Part shown: positions 1 through 13,870 of the stretch, one piece after another | Numbering within the stretch: position 1 is the first letter of the stretch | How the letters are laid out: each line of letters opens with the position of its first letter | Source of the DNA: Paramecium tetraurelia | Taxonomy: Eukaryota | Direction: 5' to 3' | DNA length: 64,000 nucleotides | Assembly: GCA_000165425.1 (NCBI GenBank) | Contig: CT868653.1 | Span: 1-64,000, forward strand | Translations under genes and position numbers: made by a program | Notes under the pieces: generated by a model | The model's input: only the letters and a program-made list of their open reading frames with translations | Databases searched by the model: none | Told to the model about the DNA's origin: nothing

Positions 1-177
1 TTTGTAAAAATTTTTGATTTTTTAGAGCTTTGCAATTGTTGGAATCTCAGAATTGATATTGATAAAAATAAGCAAATATTATCATTTTTGATTATTATTA
101 TGAGAGAAGTAGAATTAATACTAAGTAAACATAATGAGAGGGATGGATTCATCATTAATTCTCATAATTGATTAAGC

Positions 178-263
178 TTAAGATTCTAATTATTAAGATT
201 ATTTGTATTTATTTTTTAAGATTATTTTTTTTATTTTTAAGATAATTTTATTTAAGATTATTT
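178..263. repeat. Five imperfect copies of TTAAGAT(T/A) in an AT-rich non-coding stretch
   Basis: Copies start at about 178, 193, 216, 237 and 252, separated by T-rich spacers. Confidence 0.5.
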
Positions 264-300
264 AGAAACATCTATTTGTGAATAGTAACACTGAGATGAT

Positions 301-1086
301 ATGGAAGAGTGCTGCTCACAATAATCTAACATTGATGATAAGAAGGTGAGATTCACTTTTGATTTCAGTGATTTTAAATGTTCAATTAGCTTACTACAAC
401 CTGTAATTTATGATAGGGAGCTCATATTCATTAGACATGGTTCATATTAGTATTTTATTTACTGAAATCACACATCATCCTAAATATTCTTATAATCAAG
501 TGAGGAGATTACTCTCAATAAAAACTACAAATTACAGTCATTAAATCACTTCCACTAAGTCAGAATAATCTGAATAATATAGATTTATTGAGCGGAGCGG
601 ATTTGCCACAAAACAAACACTTTGATGAAAGGTCATGATAATTATTCTTGCAGTTAAAAGTACATAGCTGATGAGCAAGTAGGTTTGTCATCGATATCAT
701 TTATAGTTCTAAAGCAATTTCATTTTACAATTCCATACCTTAGGCTCAATAGAATTTTAATTTAAAATGTGAAGATCAAGAGGCATTATTGTGCAATTGT
801 AGTATGCTCCTTGCAATACGAGATTAAAGTCTAGCTAATCTTAGAAGAAATAGGAGATAAGTCCCATCTTAGATGATCGTGACTGTCTGTGCTATATGCT
901 AACTTCACATATGATGAGGTAGTCAAGTTACAGATGTTAATGATATCCCCTATGAAATTAAAATCTAATTTTTAGAAAGAAAGTAAACTTATAGATGTCA
1001 TTGGTTGTGGTAGATCCTCAAAACTGTCTATGAGATTTGTAAAAGTTATGATATGTTCAAAACAATCTTATAATTAGGATAATTGA
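301..1086 (+). pseudogene. Possible decayed gene remnant (kinase-like fragment?)
   Basis: Coding-like composition; the frame from ATG 301 has several in-frame TGA; its 3' part reads KSNFQKESKLIDVIGCGRSSK, resembling a kinase Gly-loop. Confidence 0.2.
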
Positions 1087-1139
1087 TTCGATTTAAGAAA
1101 TTGACTATATAAAAATAAATACAGAATATTATAAATAAA

Positions 1140-4100
1140 TCAATGGTCAGAATGCAGGGATTAAACTTAAATTTATTAAGAATTTATCTAATCAGATGGA
1201 AAATCATCTTCTGCTAAGCATTCAATAATGTAGCCATCTATACTTCTATTAATTGCAGTTAAAGTAACTTTTGTATTTAAAGTAAAAGTATAAATATCTT
1301 CATAATCTTACTCAAGCAGTTATTTTGTAACTTCGCTGACATGAACTTACCCCTTTTTACCATTTGATTCCATTTTATTTGCAATCAATACATCTGGTCC
1401 ATAGATATCATATCTCACTATATCAGTCCCCATTACACCTCCAAATACACTCCCTGTATGAATCCCAATTCTCATATCAAGCCCATCGAAATTGATTTGC
1501 TTTCTGACAACTTCAATAATTCTAATCATTTCAAATGCTAGATCAACTATATTTTTGGCTTCTTCTGCAGGATTTCTTTCGTTATAATCTATCATGCCTA
1601 TTGCAACATAACAATCTCCAATTGTGTATAACTTATACACATTTAATTCATAGCACTTTCTATCAAATTCAACAAATAGATTTTTTAGCATTAGTAACAC
1701 TTCTTCAGGTGTAACTCTACTTGAGTATTCAGTGAACCCAGCAATATCTGCAAATAAAATAGTAACGTTGTCTATTTTTTCACTTAAACATCTTGCTCTA
1801 TTATTATCATCAAGAAAGGTTTGTAAAATCTATCTTATAATTATAGATTTACATGTTTAGGAAGTAAGTATTATAATAGTTGTGATTCTTTGGCTTATTA
1901 ACTTTAAAAGATGTTCTTCTGATTGAAACAAGCTACTTATTACTCCTCCAAAAAGTAACAATAATTTAAGTTATAAACCATCACAATGAAGGCAAAAAAG
2001 AGTGATATATTATGCTCATTCCAAAAAATCAAGACAAAGGCTTCAAAAGTAAAGGAGCTAATGCAAAATAATATTTTAATCCAAAAATGCAATAATTATA
2101 TGTTGCTAAAAAATGATTAGATAAATATCATTTCTATTATGTGAGAATATCTTAAAAACAAAGGCATATCAAATATCACAAAGATACCAGCAATTATTAG
2201 CTAAAAACTTAATCCTATATAAATCAATTATACCCAATAGTCTATCATTCTTTTCTTGTACAACATCAAAGATATAATATTTAATGCACATCCAATCCAT
2301 TACAGAATTATCAAAGGCAATGAAATCATATTATATTCTCCAATTAAGCAAAATTATTTCATTAGGTAATACAATGAGTAAATTGAAATTATTTTATTTG
2401 TCACATGCTCAGATTGCTTATAGATATATTCATGATATTCCAAATAATTATTTTTACTAGAATTATATGATCTTTTTAACAACGATATAAAAGAGTTTTA
2501 AAGTATTAGGGTATCTTCTAAGCCATTCTCATTCTTAAGTAAAATCACATTCTAAATTAATAATATTACAAATTACTAATAATTAGTCGTAATTAATATA
2601 ATGGTCCACTTCAGGTTAATACTCTTCTAAATGAAATTTGTGATGAAATAAACTTGCTAATTATGAAATAAGCTCTGGTTATTTAATATTTCTATATAAA
2701 TTATCTTCATTGTCATTATCTTGGGGAAAATGATTAAGATGATGACTGGATAAGGAATTCTATAATCCTTTTTTGATGCTATTCTCTTCAGATAAAGATT
2801 AAGAATTCTACTACCCATTTTATTATTGGTAATTCCACGATAATTAGATTTATAATAATTATTTTGAGCGTTGATTTAAAGGGTCTTGAATTGCAATAGA
2901 CCTCTTTTTTAAGCCTCCTTTTTGTAATGATTAAGTTCTCACTCTATTTGCTATATTCATTGTATTTGATCTACTGTTACAATTGCTATTATTGATAGAA
3001 TTTTTTGCAATATAATTCTTTGTATTTCCTTTCTAGATAAAAACATAAGTAGGTCTTTGTCCTAATCCTTTCATCTCAACATATCTCACTTCAAACTCTG
3101 TTTTATCATTTTTTAATTATTCAAAGGCCCTTTCAGAAAGGGTAATTTTATCTTCTTACCCTGTTGAGCACACTCTACTGGTAGTGTTTACTGTATCTCC
3201 AATTAATGAAAATTATGGTTTATGAAATCCAATAACACCAGAAATTGCTCTTCCATAGTGAATACCAATCTTACCAATTAAAGCCTAACTTTAATGACCC
3301 CATCTAAATAGTAATTTGATAATACAATTTTGATCTAATATAGGTAATCATCATCTCTGCTAAATTTAAGGCTCTCTAAACTGGTTCAATTTCTGATAGA
3401 TATGCTAATTCTTATTCACAGGCTTTAAGCCCTGCTGAGGCCATATATGTTTTTCCTACTGTTTCAATTTTCTAAACACCACATATTTCACAGTATTTAT
3501 CAAAAGTTCGAAAGAGATCATCCAAAAATGGTATGATATTTTCTTACTCTTCCATGATAATTTAATCGAAATTGCAAATATCGCAAAAAACAATGGCTAC
3601 ATGTCCCTAATTTTAATGGATATTATATTGGTCAGCTAAATAAGCTTTCAAATCAGTTTACTTTCATTTAGACGATGGCGCACAAATTTGGGCAATAAAA
3701 TTCCCAAAATATCATTAATTTTATTGTTCTCTTCAATAAAATTTATTTAATTTGTAGCCTAATCTTCCTCAAGTAAAATAAACTAGATATTATTATAAAT
3801 TACATAGCTTTTGATTAAATATTGTTGTATAGAAAAGAATAGAATGATAGAAATCTTAATAATCACAAAGTAAGGAGTGATCACAACATTTAAAGAAAAT
3901 CTTTCTATAAATAATTATTATCTTACATAACAAAATAGCCGATCAATACAACTACTAGAGGTATAAGATATAATCTATTATCATATATTGGATGGAGTTT
4001 ACTCGATAGTTAAAATGTCACAATGATTTCAGAAAATGAATGATAATATGATGACATTCCAGTTACTGACAATCCCAAAACTGCTATTAATGTGACTATA

Positions 4101-7100
4101 CCTGACATCATGTATTTAATTAATTCTAGATATTGTGTTTACCTTGAATTAAGATGATATAGCAATTAAAAAACATATATGGCAATTAAAACTATTAAGT
4201 AGACAATGTAAGTGATGAGAAAATAGTAACTAGTGTCTGATTCAGAATAAATTATAATAAGCATCTGACAATGAAAGAATATTAATTATAATCCTTAGAT
4301 TCTCGATTTCTATTTCCACTTCATTATTGATTAAGCTTTTTGAAATATTTAGGATTACCATTAGCCCAAATTCTGAAATAATTGTTTTTAACTTAGTAAA
4401 ACTTAATGATAATCATAATAAATTACGCTTCTAAAGATTAAAATCTATTTATTCAATGTTCTCAAATATTTTATTTATTTCTCGTTGCAAATTTAAAATT
4501 GATATTTATTTTTAGTTCATAGATTCTTTTTGATGACTTATTGAATTTGATATTTTTTGAAATAATCCTCTCATTTAAGGTACTTATAATACAAAATGAT
4601 GCTCAAATAATTATTCACTGACTTAAAATATAAATATTACAAGTAATATTTCAAATAAGTTGGAAATTTCAAATGTGAACTCTAAATTTGGAGCCATAAT
4701 GTTAAGATGAAGCAACAAAAAAGATAAATATGATAGACTATAAATGAAGAAGACAGCAACCTTTAATTAATGGCCAATCTAAAGTAGTAAGCTGATTAAG
4801 TCATTCAGAGTTATTGAAAGAAAACAATAAACAATAACAACATCTACTGATTAAGTTTAGTTTTGATATGTAAATGNNNNNNNNNNNNNNNNNNNNNNNN
4901 NNNNNNNNNNNNNNNNNNNNNNNNNNNNNNNNNNNNNNNNNNNNNNNNNNNNNNNNNNNNNNNNNNNNNNNNNNNNNNNNNNNNNNNNNNNNNNNNNNNN
5001 NNNNNNNNNNNNNNNNNNNNNNNNNNNNNNNNNNNNNNNNNNNNNNNNNNNNNNNNNNNNNNNNNNNNNNNNNNNNNNNNNNNNNNNNNNNNNNNNNNNN
5101 NNNNNNNNNNNNNNNNNNNNNNNNNNNNNNNNNCAAATTAGTAAATTTTCCTTAAAATATTGCTAATATAAAAATAATTCATTTACATTTTAATTCCAAT
5201 TTAGACATAATTTGACTTTTTTTTTGATTAGTTAATTATTGATTCAATAACTTTCTATTAATATTTGTCTCTTTTAGAGTTTAAGTTTTGTTATTAAATA
5301 AATTCTATGGTTATAGCACTATAAATAATTAAGGAATAAAGATAAGAATAAAATACACATTCCACGATTAAATTCTATTAATTGTTGAAAAACCAAACAC
5401 TAGTTGTGTAAACTGTAATAGTAAACGATGAAAAATATATCGTTCTCTAAAAAGCAATCAAAAACTAATATTTGGTTAAGATGTTTAATAAAGGGACATA
5501 ATAAAAGAGGAGTTCATTTAGTTCGTTAAATCCCTGTAGTATTGCATCAGTATTATGGTAGATTAATAATTCATTAAAGAGACCTAAATTATAATAACCC
5601 AAATTAATTACATCTTTCATAGACTAATCTAACTTTAAGGGATTAGATCATGTTTTTGAAAAAAGTTTGTTTATTTACATTTTCATACTTTACTTTTTGA
5701 AAGTAACTAAATTCTTGGAGTAACGCAATTTACAAATGTTACCCTTAATGACTCTTTAACAATGTTTGGTTTTCAAAAATCAAATTTAATGTTAAATGTG
5801 GTTTATCAAACAATTTTTAAACGAAATTCAAAGAGTAAGTATTTGCATCAAATAAGAGAGTTATTTTTGCCAAAGAAAATAGTAATTTCATATGATTAGT
5901 CATGTAGGTGTTATTTTGCATTATTTTGCAAGCCTAACTTCCCAAAATTATTACAATAGGAGGTGCAGCATGATGCTCCTCCTAAACCTTTTTGTTCGAA
6001 AGTTAGGAAGAAATTGGGTTGATTATTTTATTTAAAGACTAAACTTAAGAATTTGACACGTAATTTGACTCAGAAAATAATTAAGTGAATTATTGTAAAG
6101 ATTTCTTCAAGTAGGCTCTTAAATCATCATCATTATCTTGATCAAAGATTAATTTAAAATGGTTCTATATTTCTGTCTGATGAATAATAGAACTAGAATA
6201 AGAAAATAGTTATTCAGTGTAAAAAAATAGTGATTATTTTGATTTTTCAAAATTTTTAATAAATTCTAATGCTTTTGGTTAGATGTTATATTTATATCCT
6301 AAAGTGATATTAAATTACAAAAAGGGTTCCAAATAATTATAAATAAATTCTTCGCTTTCAAAAGTGCTCTACTATTGGAGTGATTATTAATTAACATAAT
6401 ATGCTGCATCTTCATGATTTAGGAGACAAGAATAGTAATGAATTTAATGTAGTTATTCCAAATCCATCAGATGAAGAAAATTAATAGATGATTTTTGATT
6501 AAATTTGCTTTCATCTACAATATCTGATTTTTTATAATTTGCTTCTCTTACTAATAAAATATATTCTGCATTTAAGTGTTTTTCAAACTCAGGATCTAAT
6601 TCAAATAACATATAGAGTCTTTGAGTATGATGATGAATTTGAAAATCAACTAACTTAAATGAGCAAAGCTTCTAATTGATTTAAACAACATAAGCTGAAA
6701 TATTTCTAAAATAAATATATATATTTACTAAACGTTATTTACACAAATGAATTCAAATCCAAAAGCTTTAGCTATTTAAATTTGTTTTTCATCCAATAAG
6801 TTAACTTAGACATTTTTAATTTTTTCTTCTCCCGTTTAAGTATATCTAAGTTTGGAATATGAAATGTGATTCAATGCTAATTATAGCAAAATAATGTTAT
6901 TAAAATCATCTTCGCTTGTAAGTATTTTGATTAAGTCATTTAAATAAATTGATTTTCTGTCAATTCTGCTATCTTTCAAAGATAGCTACTTGGCACTTTT
7001 ACTGTTTATAGATAATTGAACTCTATTGATGCTGGATTTTTGCTGGTAATCACTTTTATCTGGATTAATGCTTTAATGTTACTCAAGTGCATTAAATTCT

Positions 7101-9143
7101 TATTAAGTATTATCGTTGTTTGTAAAGTTGCTAATGAGTCTAAAACCAACAGTTTAAGGCATATTAAGAACCATTTCTTCTTAAGCTTCGTAACTAAATA
7201 TTTCTTCTTCTAAATATCTACCAGAATTTTATGTATTATTTTATTATTTAGAATTCTATATTTAATGACTATAAGATGCTTATATATCAACAATTTTAGA
7301 ATCCTCCTTAGAATCAACAGTCTTAAAAATATTTTGACTCGATATTGATGAAGCATATACTTGAGCTTGTTGAAATAATTCTTATTCTCTACAATGACAA
7401 ATGCGATAGTTGCAAATTATCGCTCTTAATTCAAATGTGCCTTCTAATATTGAATCTAAATTCAATGTCAAACGCTTGTATTATTGATAATATTCTGGAT
7501 GAAATGCTTTTATCTACTTCATATCCATTTAGCTGATCTTATATATAATGCGTTATTAGAATAATTAAATTAGATTATAATAAAATCTGAAACTATGTGG
7601 AAGTAAAAATAACAAGTTAAGCAAGTTTGTAAATAATAAGGATATGATATCTAAATATTCATTAACATATTTGTTCTAATAGGTGATGACGTAAGTTAAC
7701 TCTAATAGATTATTCAAAATTTACAATTAAAAAAGCAAAATAAAGAAAAATCATTGAGATAAGTAATCTTTATGAATAATTTGGAACTTAAGGTCTAATT
7801 TCAAATTACTTATAGCAACGACAATTCAATCCAACTTAGATAACAATCCCAATGACCCAAGGCGTATTTAATAGTTTTTCTTGAGCAAAAATAAAATTTT
7901 CATCTTCAATAACTTTTGATTATGGATCTTTTTTGAGTTAGAAATATCCTGAAAGATTGTTTTTTGTTTCATTTAATTGAATATTGCCGGTAAAAGACTT
8001 TTTGAATAGAACTAAATTATGAGAGTCAACTAAAGATTTAATAATTTTTATCTTTTTTACATTTATTTTACACTAAAGGTTTTCTCATGGCTGTGTCTGA
8101 ATACTCACATAATTGATTTGAAATGGCAAAGTTTTCATCATTACAATACAAAACAAGTATGTCACAAGAAGCAATTTGATTTCTTTCAACAATAATAACA
8201 TCTCCTAATTTAATTTCTGCCGCAGTAATGGATTTAATGAGATCCATTCTATCTGTAGTATTAATGGTTTTAGAATCAATAATCTTTTTTGATCTTGAAG
8301 TATTTTTCTCAAAAATACGAGGTACTTATTGCATAAATTTTCTAATTGCTGGATCCTAGACCAATTTGATTTTTAATTCGTTTTTTATAATCATATCTTC
8401 ATGAATGAGTGGACTCATCAATGAGGCTCTTGATCCCATCCGATCAAATCTATCTTATCTTGGGGATCCTGCAGGCCGGCCTTAATTGATTGATTGCCTT
8501 GAAAATTGAGATTAAACTATTGAAACTAAAGTTGAAATTAATACTTCCAGAAGACCTGCTTTTTTAACTCAATTGACGCTATATTTGATCATTTTTTATA
8601 CTGTGATCAAGTTTTAATGGTATAGAGCGATCCTTTTCTTTAATTTCTTCATTCTTGGGTTTTTAAGATGCTTTTTATTTTATTCGCTTTAAAATTTCCT
8701 TATTACTTATGCATTCATCCCATTATTTCAATATTTTATTCTCTTGATTGTTTAATTTAATATCCAGGCCATTAATTTTGAATTTATTGTACAACTCAAC
8801 ACTTATGTGGGCGAAAAGTTAGAAAGAGAAGATGAAATAAAATTCATATTATTGCTAATCTCTATGATAGTTTTAAATTTACATGAACCAAATAGAAGCA
8901 AGTAAAACCAAAGAAATTATAGACAGAGTGAAATAAATGATGTTGTTCCTTGCAATTCTAAAAGGAGCAAATAAAACAATTGAAAAAATGGACGATGTTC
9001 TATTTATGCGATTGGAATAAGTAGAGTATCCGTCGAGCTTGATGACCTCGCCATTCCTGAAATGCAGCTGAAATTTAGGATGAATATTGCACTTAATAGG
9101 TTTTTCTTTTGAATTCGTCGTAATGCTGTAAGAGTTTTTGCAT
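1140..9143 (-). CDS. Bifunctional P-type-ATPase-like / guanylyl cyclase (alveolate GC with adenylyl-cyclase topology), multi-exon
   Basis: N-half has P4-ATPase-like segments (IKLGDVIIVERNQIASCDILVL; LLNTPWVIGIVIQVG; LALNHIS; LLDEKQIQIAKAFGFEF). C-half has two TM blocks and two cyclase domains: KIETVGKTYM/GIHYG/GDTVNTTSR (about 3100-3500) and FADIAGFT/YTIGDCYVA/GIHTG (about 1300-1770). Frame is open under code 6 in the parts traced; it spans the N gap. Confidence 0.9.
4877..5133. other. Assembly gap (257 N) inside the guanylyl cyclase gene
   Basis: Run of N. Confidence 1.
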
Positions 9144-9181
9144 TTAATTTAAAATAATTTTAATAATTTTTATTAAACCTA

Positions 9182-10946
9182 TCAAATTCCTGTGATTAGA
9201 TAAAATGTTCTAGGAATCAGATATTGAATAATTCCCCATCTCTGTTCAATTAAGTGATCACTTATTAGAATTCTAGCATAATACTCAGTCAAATATAATG
9301 TGATCATCACAGAGGTTCCTATATACATCAAAACCCAAAATAGAATGTTAAACCAGCCCTTCCATAATGAATATAAATACCGATTTAAAGACTTCCTTGG
9401 CTTAGATGAATAAAATTCCTGGGCCAGTAAATAAAATAAAACATATTGGATAAAAGAAGCCCAAAGCAAAAGTAAGAATGATTTCATGAATGACTGCTGA
9501 ACATCCAAAAGTGATCAGTTGTCTAAAGAGCCTACTTCTTTTGCCTTAACTTAATTTCTCACTGTCCAAATAGACATAATAATAAAGGAATTCATGAACG
9601 ATAACATTCCATTTTCTATAATACTATCCAAATTCTGAGGCTGTCCACCAATCATGATAAAATGTTCTGTCTGGAAATCTCAGTAGTTCTGCCCATCCAT
9701 TAAACCAACTGTGAAGTAGTCCAAAAAAAACCAGAACGAGTGAAAAAGTAGATGGCATCATTAACTTATACAAAGTAACAATGAAATTCATCAAAGTCAA
9801 GTTCTCTCTAAAAATAAATGATAATAATACCTTAATTAAAGTATTGGTTCTTTACAGAAAGATCTGAAGAGAATAAACCCATAATAAATGCACAAAAAGA
9901 AATTTGCGAATTCTATCACAACCTTTTTCTTTGAGTAATTGGGAGCCTTGACGTAATAGTCTCTGTATAACAAAGTTGGTGCCAGGAAGAAGTAAGTGTA
10001 CCTCTTGAGTTCTTAAGAAAGGGATTGAATATTGATGTCAGGAAGCAAAGCATTTTGTTTAGTGATTCCCTTCCTTTCAAATGATTAAAGGATGAAATAT
10101 TTGTATTTATTCTCTGTGCCATATAACATCTTGTTACGAGCATAAGAATAGGTTTTCATCATCATTCTGACTGCTTCACACATTACAATCATCCTTGAAC
10201 CAAATCCATTCTATATTAAATTAACTTTTTTACCACCCAAGCAGTTGTCATATAACAAGCTGCCAAAATGCTTATTATCTAATGAAGACTGAATACAAGA
10301 ATAGCTGTAAATGGCTTGATCTTATTTGAGTAACAGTAGGTCACCCAATACACAGTCAAATAACTGGATAACACTAAAGCAAACAAAATTTCTGCTACTA
10401 ACAAAGGAGTCTAAAAGCACCAGAAGAATGTATCCATATCAAATATGATACCTCTCTCCAAATAGTCCTATATCCATAGATTGCCCATCAAAATAAACAT
10501 GCTTGCCATCATCATGTGGTAAAGAGTTTTATAATCAGACTATTTCAACATCTCAGACAAAAGAGACGGTTTATATCTATATAATAATCTTTACATTCCT
10601 ACCTGAACACTTTCTCCATTTATCTTTCTTGATGTTATACTGAACATACTTTTTGGTCAAATCGATCATCTCTTAATTCATTGATAGTTTTAGATATCTG
10701 TTATTCAAAATGTTCCATCTCCTCCCTTATAGAGTCCTCTAATTTCTTTTAAGAATGCAATATTCTATTTTCTATGTGGTTGATCATCTTAGATTTGTAC
10801 TCAAGTAGATCATTCTCCAAATCCTTATTGACAAATTCTTTTAAATATTAGCTGATATTGTTACTTTTTTAAGAGGCTATAGCTGTAGTGGGTTAAGAAG
10901 AATCATTCTCTTTTGCAGCTTTTTTCAATTGTTACTTCTTTCTCAT
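9182..10946 (-). CDS. SOAT1: Sterol O-acyltransferase (ACAT/SOAT, MBOAT family)
   Basis: Motifs FFLAPTLLYRD, AELLRFPDRTFYHDWWTAS, YYRKWNVIVHEFLYYYVY and the catalytic His in SAVIHE; tiny introns. Confidence 0.88.
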
Positions 10947-11320
10947 AAAAATATAATTTATGATAACCAATAATAAACTTGACCCTTAGAATAGAATTAA
11001 AAAGAAACGGCTAACACATACATGTTTCTGATACTTTCTATCAATTTTGCCTATACCTAACACTATTAGGATTATCTAAGATTCCTAAATGTGCACAATC
11101 AAAGAATGGCCTCACACATTTCAAGATTCGTTGAATTGTAGACTAATAAGTAAAACAAGAGCAAGCTGTCTTAATTTTCAAATTAAATATTAGCTTATAG
11201 TGTACCCAAAGTTACAATTCTATAATTTATTTGCAGTAGAGATTTTAATTTTTTTAATTTATCAAATTATTATTAATATATTTTATTTAAAGTTGATTAT
11301 AATTGTTAAATACAAAACAA

Positions 11321-13855
11321 TCACTTTGCTAACCACTTTTCTAATTCCTTAATGTTCAATTACACTTCTTTACATATACTGTGATTGGGTCCTAGGACCT
11401 TTTGATAATGTTCTAATGACATCTAAAAGTATTTCTTTGCTTAGACAAATTTATCCTAAGTTCCATACAACACTCCGAAATTGTTGTAGATATCTCCTAA
11501 CGTAATCAAATCTGACGCAGATTTACTATTAGCAATTAAACTTGCTGCAGTTTAATAAAACTACTCAGCAGATTTAAAATCTTTAGTCTTTCTGTAAACT
11601 AATCCCATATTATAGTATATTTTTGCCATTCTTGTACTTTCGTTATCATTTCTCTTCATAAGAAACTCTATTCCTTCTCTATAATGCTCCAAAGCTTTAT
11701 CATATTTCTAAATTCCCATATAAGATGCACCCAAATTTTTTAGTATATCAGCCATACTATCAAATCTCTCATCGACAGTACATTTTACTAAATTATCAAG
11801 GTAAAATTATTTTAGTTAATTGTAGTGTTACAGTGCTTCTTCATATCTACCTTCTTCAAGAAAGCTTTGAGATAGTAATTCCTAACTTTTCACAGTCTAT
11901 TTAGCATACTATCCATAAATTTGTTTCCTTAAATTGTAGGATTCTTGAGCTGCTTTTATGGTTTCAGCCGATCTACCAATTTTCTAGAAACACAAGGCTA
12001 TTTCAAATAGAGTATCAGATAATCTCTATTAATTGGATTATTGATGCTTTCTATAGATTTCAGCTGTAATTGAATAAAATGAGATTGCCATATCAAATTA
12101 TTATTTTTCATAATAAACTCTCGCCAAATTATCATAAGTTGAACAAAGGATTGGGCTGCGATCTCCACATAATAATTTCTTGATTTACAAGGCACTTTTG
12201 AAATATTTAATAGCTTGATCGTAGTTCTTCAATTTCTTATGTGCCATTGCAATGTTTTATAAAATGACTGCTCCTCCTAAATTGTTTTCTCCAAATATCT
12301 ACTCTTTAATTTGATAAGCTTATTCATAATGTTTAATTGCCTTTTCAAATTCTCCTTTTTTTCTTTTAACAATCCCCAAATTGTTATATCCATCTGCTAC
12401 AGAAGAATGTTTATCACCATTTAACTTTTTGTATAGAGCAACAGATTCACAAAAGTTCTTTTCAGCTTCATCATACTGCTCCAAATCACAATTGACAGTT
12501 CCTAAACTATTCATAATATCTGCCTTAGCACTGTCTTTGGATAGTTTGATAGCATATTTCAAAGCTAATTCATAATGAGATTTTGCATGTTCAGGTAAAT
12601 TCAACTTTTCATAGGCCTCTGCTAGTTTGACTTCTCTCATCATTAGATCCTATGGACTCAAATTCTAATAATAATTAACATCAACTTACTTTTTTATCTT
12701 ATTATGTTTTCAAACAGTTGACGAATACATCTTCATTAGGTTTCTTAAATAAGTCTTTATAAGTGGAAATGAGTTATAACAATTCTTCAAAAGAAACCCG
12801 CTTCTGATCATCATATTCTAACATTTTAATCAGTATCTATTCAAAAATAGATGGCGATTTCAATTTCCTTAGCATTTCAACTTCAATTTTCAATGATTCT
12901 CTATCTAATCTTGGAATTAATTTGCGCATTAACAAGAATGTGATTCCAACTGAATAGACATCAGATGAGTATGGATCATAGTTTAAATGTTATTTACCAA
13001 CAAAGAAACGACCTTCCTTGTCCTTTTGTAAATCACAAAAAAAATAAATCTCAGCTAAAGGAAATAATATATTATTAAATACGAGCCCAATAAGCTGGAG
13101 ATCCACGAACTGTATTTAATTAAGCTTATTTTGGCTTCAGAAATTTGGCACCTCCTAAATCTGCAATTTTATAAGATTTATCTGCTTAACAATATAGAAT
13201 ATTTTAAGGTTTTATATCACGATGAGTGACATTATGTTTCTTCATAATTACAAAACCTTCAACCAACTAATATAAAATGTACAGCAATTCTTCATCAGTC
13301 CATTTTGTTTTATTCTCTTCTATTCTTACCTAGAAATATGAAGTGAATGTACCTTTAGGAGCTCCATTAGATTACAATCACACAATTCCATTACGATCAC
13401 TAGATATTTGTTATCATCCTTTATGCATGGATAAATATCATATATCTTAAGCAACCCTTGACAATTAGTTTATGATAATGTCTGCATAATGACAATTTCT
13501 CTGACAGCTGCCTTAAATTCAGGATCCTAATCGCTTTCGTCATCATAGCCGATAAATTTTAGAGCGTATTTCTTCCCTGTCTTTTAATCCAACGATGCAA
13601 ATACTTATCCAAAGGTACCTGCTCCAATTTCCTTAGTTATGTTACCTATCTTACCTGCTTGATATCAAAGATTTCCCAATTATAATTTTTATTAGCTGCT
13701 TTGTCCTTTATCTATTCGATCTATAGCTTCATTGCTGATTATAAATCTGATGGCTCTAAGACTACAATAATTTGATTCTGATTCATTCTAATCGTCATCT
13801 TCTCATCCTTCCCTCTATGTTTTAGAGATTTAGTTTCAAAGTTATTTGATTCCAT
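11321..13855 (-). CDS. Ser/Thr protein kinase fused to a C-terminal array of about 42-aa TPR repeats
   Basis: EIGAGTFGQV (after a 23-nt intron), YALK, HRDIKPQN, IADLGGAK, VRGSPAYWA, then repeats such as VADGYNNLGIVKRKKGEFEKAIKHYE. Confidence 0.88.
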
Positions 13856-13870
13856 TAAAAATTATATATA

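Noticed and set aside
4801..5155. Three poly-X ORFs in the track
   Set aside because: Artefacts of the N gap
11075..11125. ATTCCTA plus stem as snR30/U17 m1 motif, or as a SECIS
   Set aside because: No AAACCAT m2 motif and no ATGA/GA quartet in the right geometry
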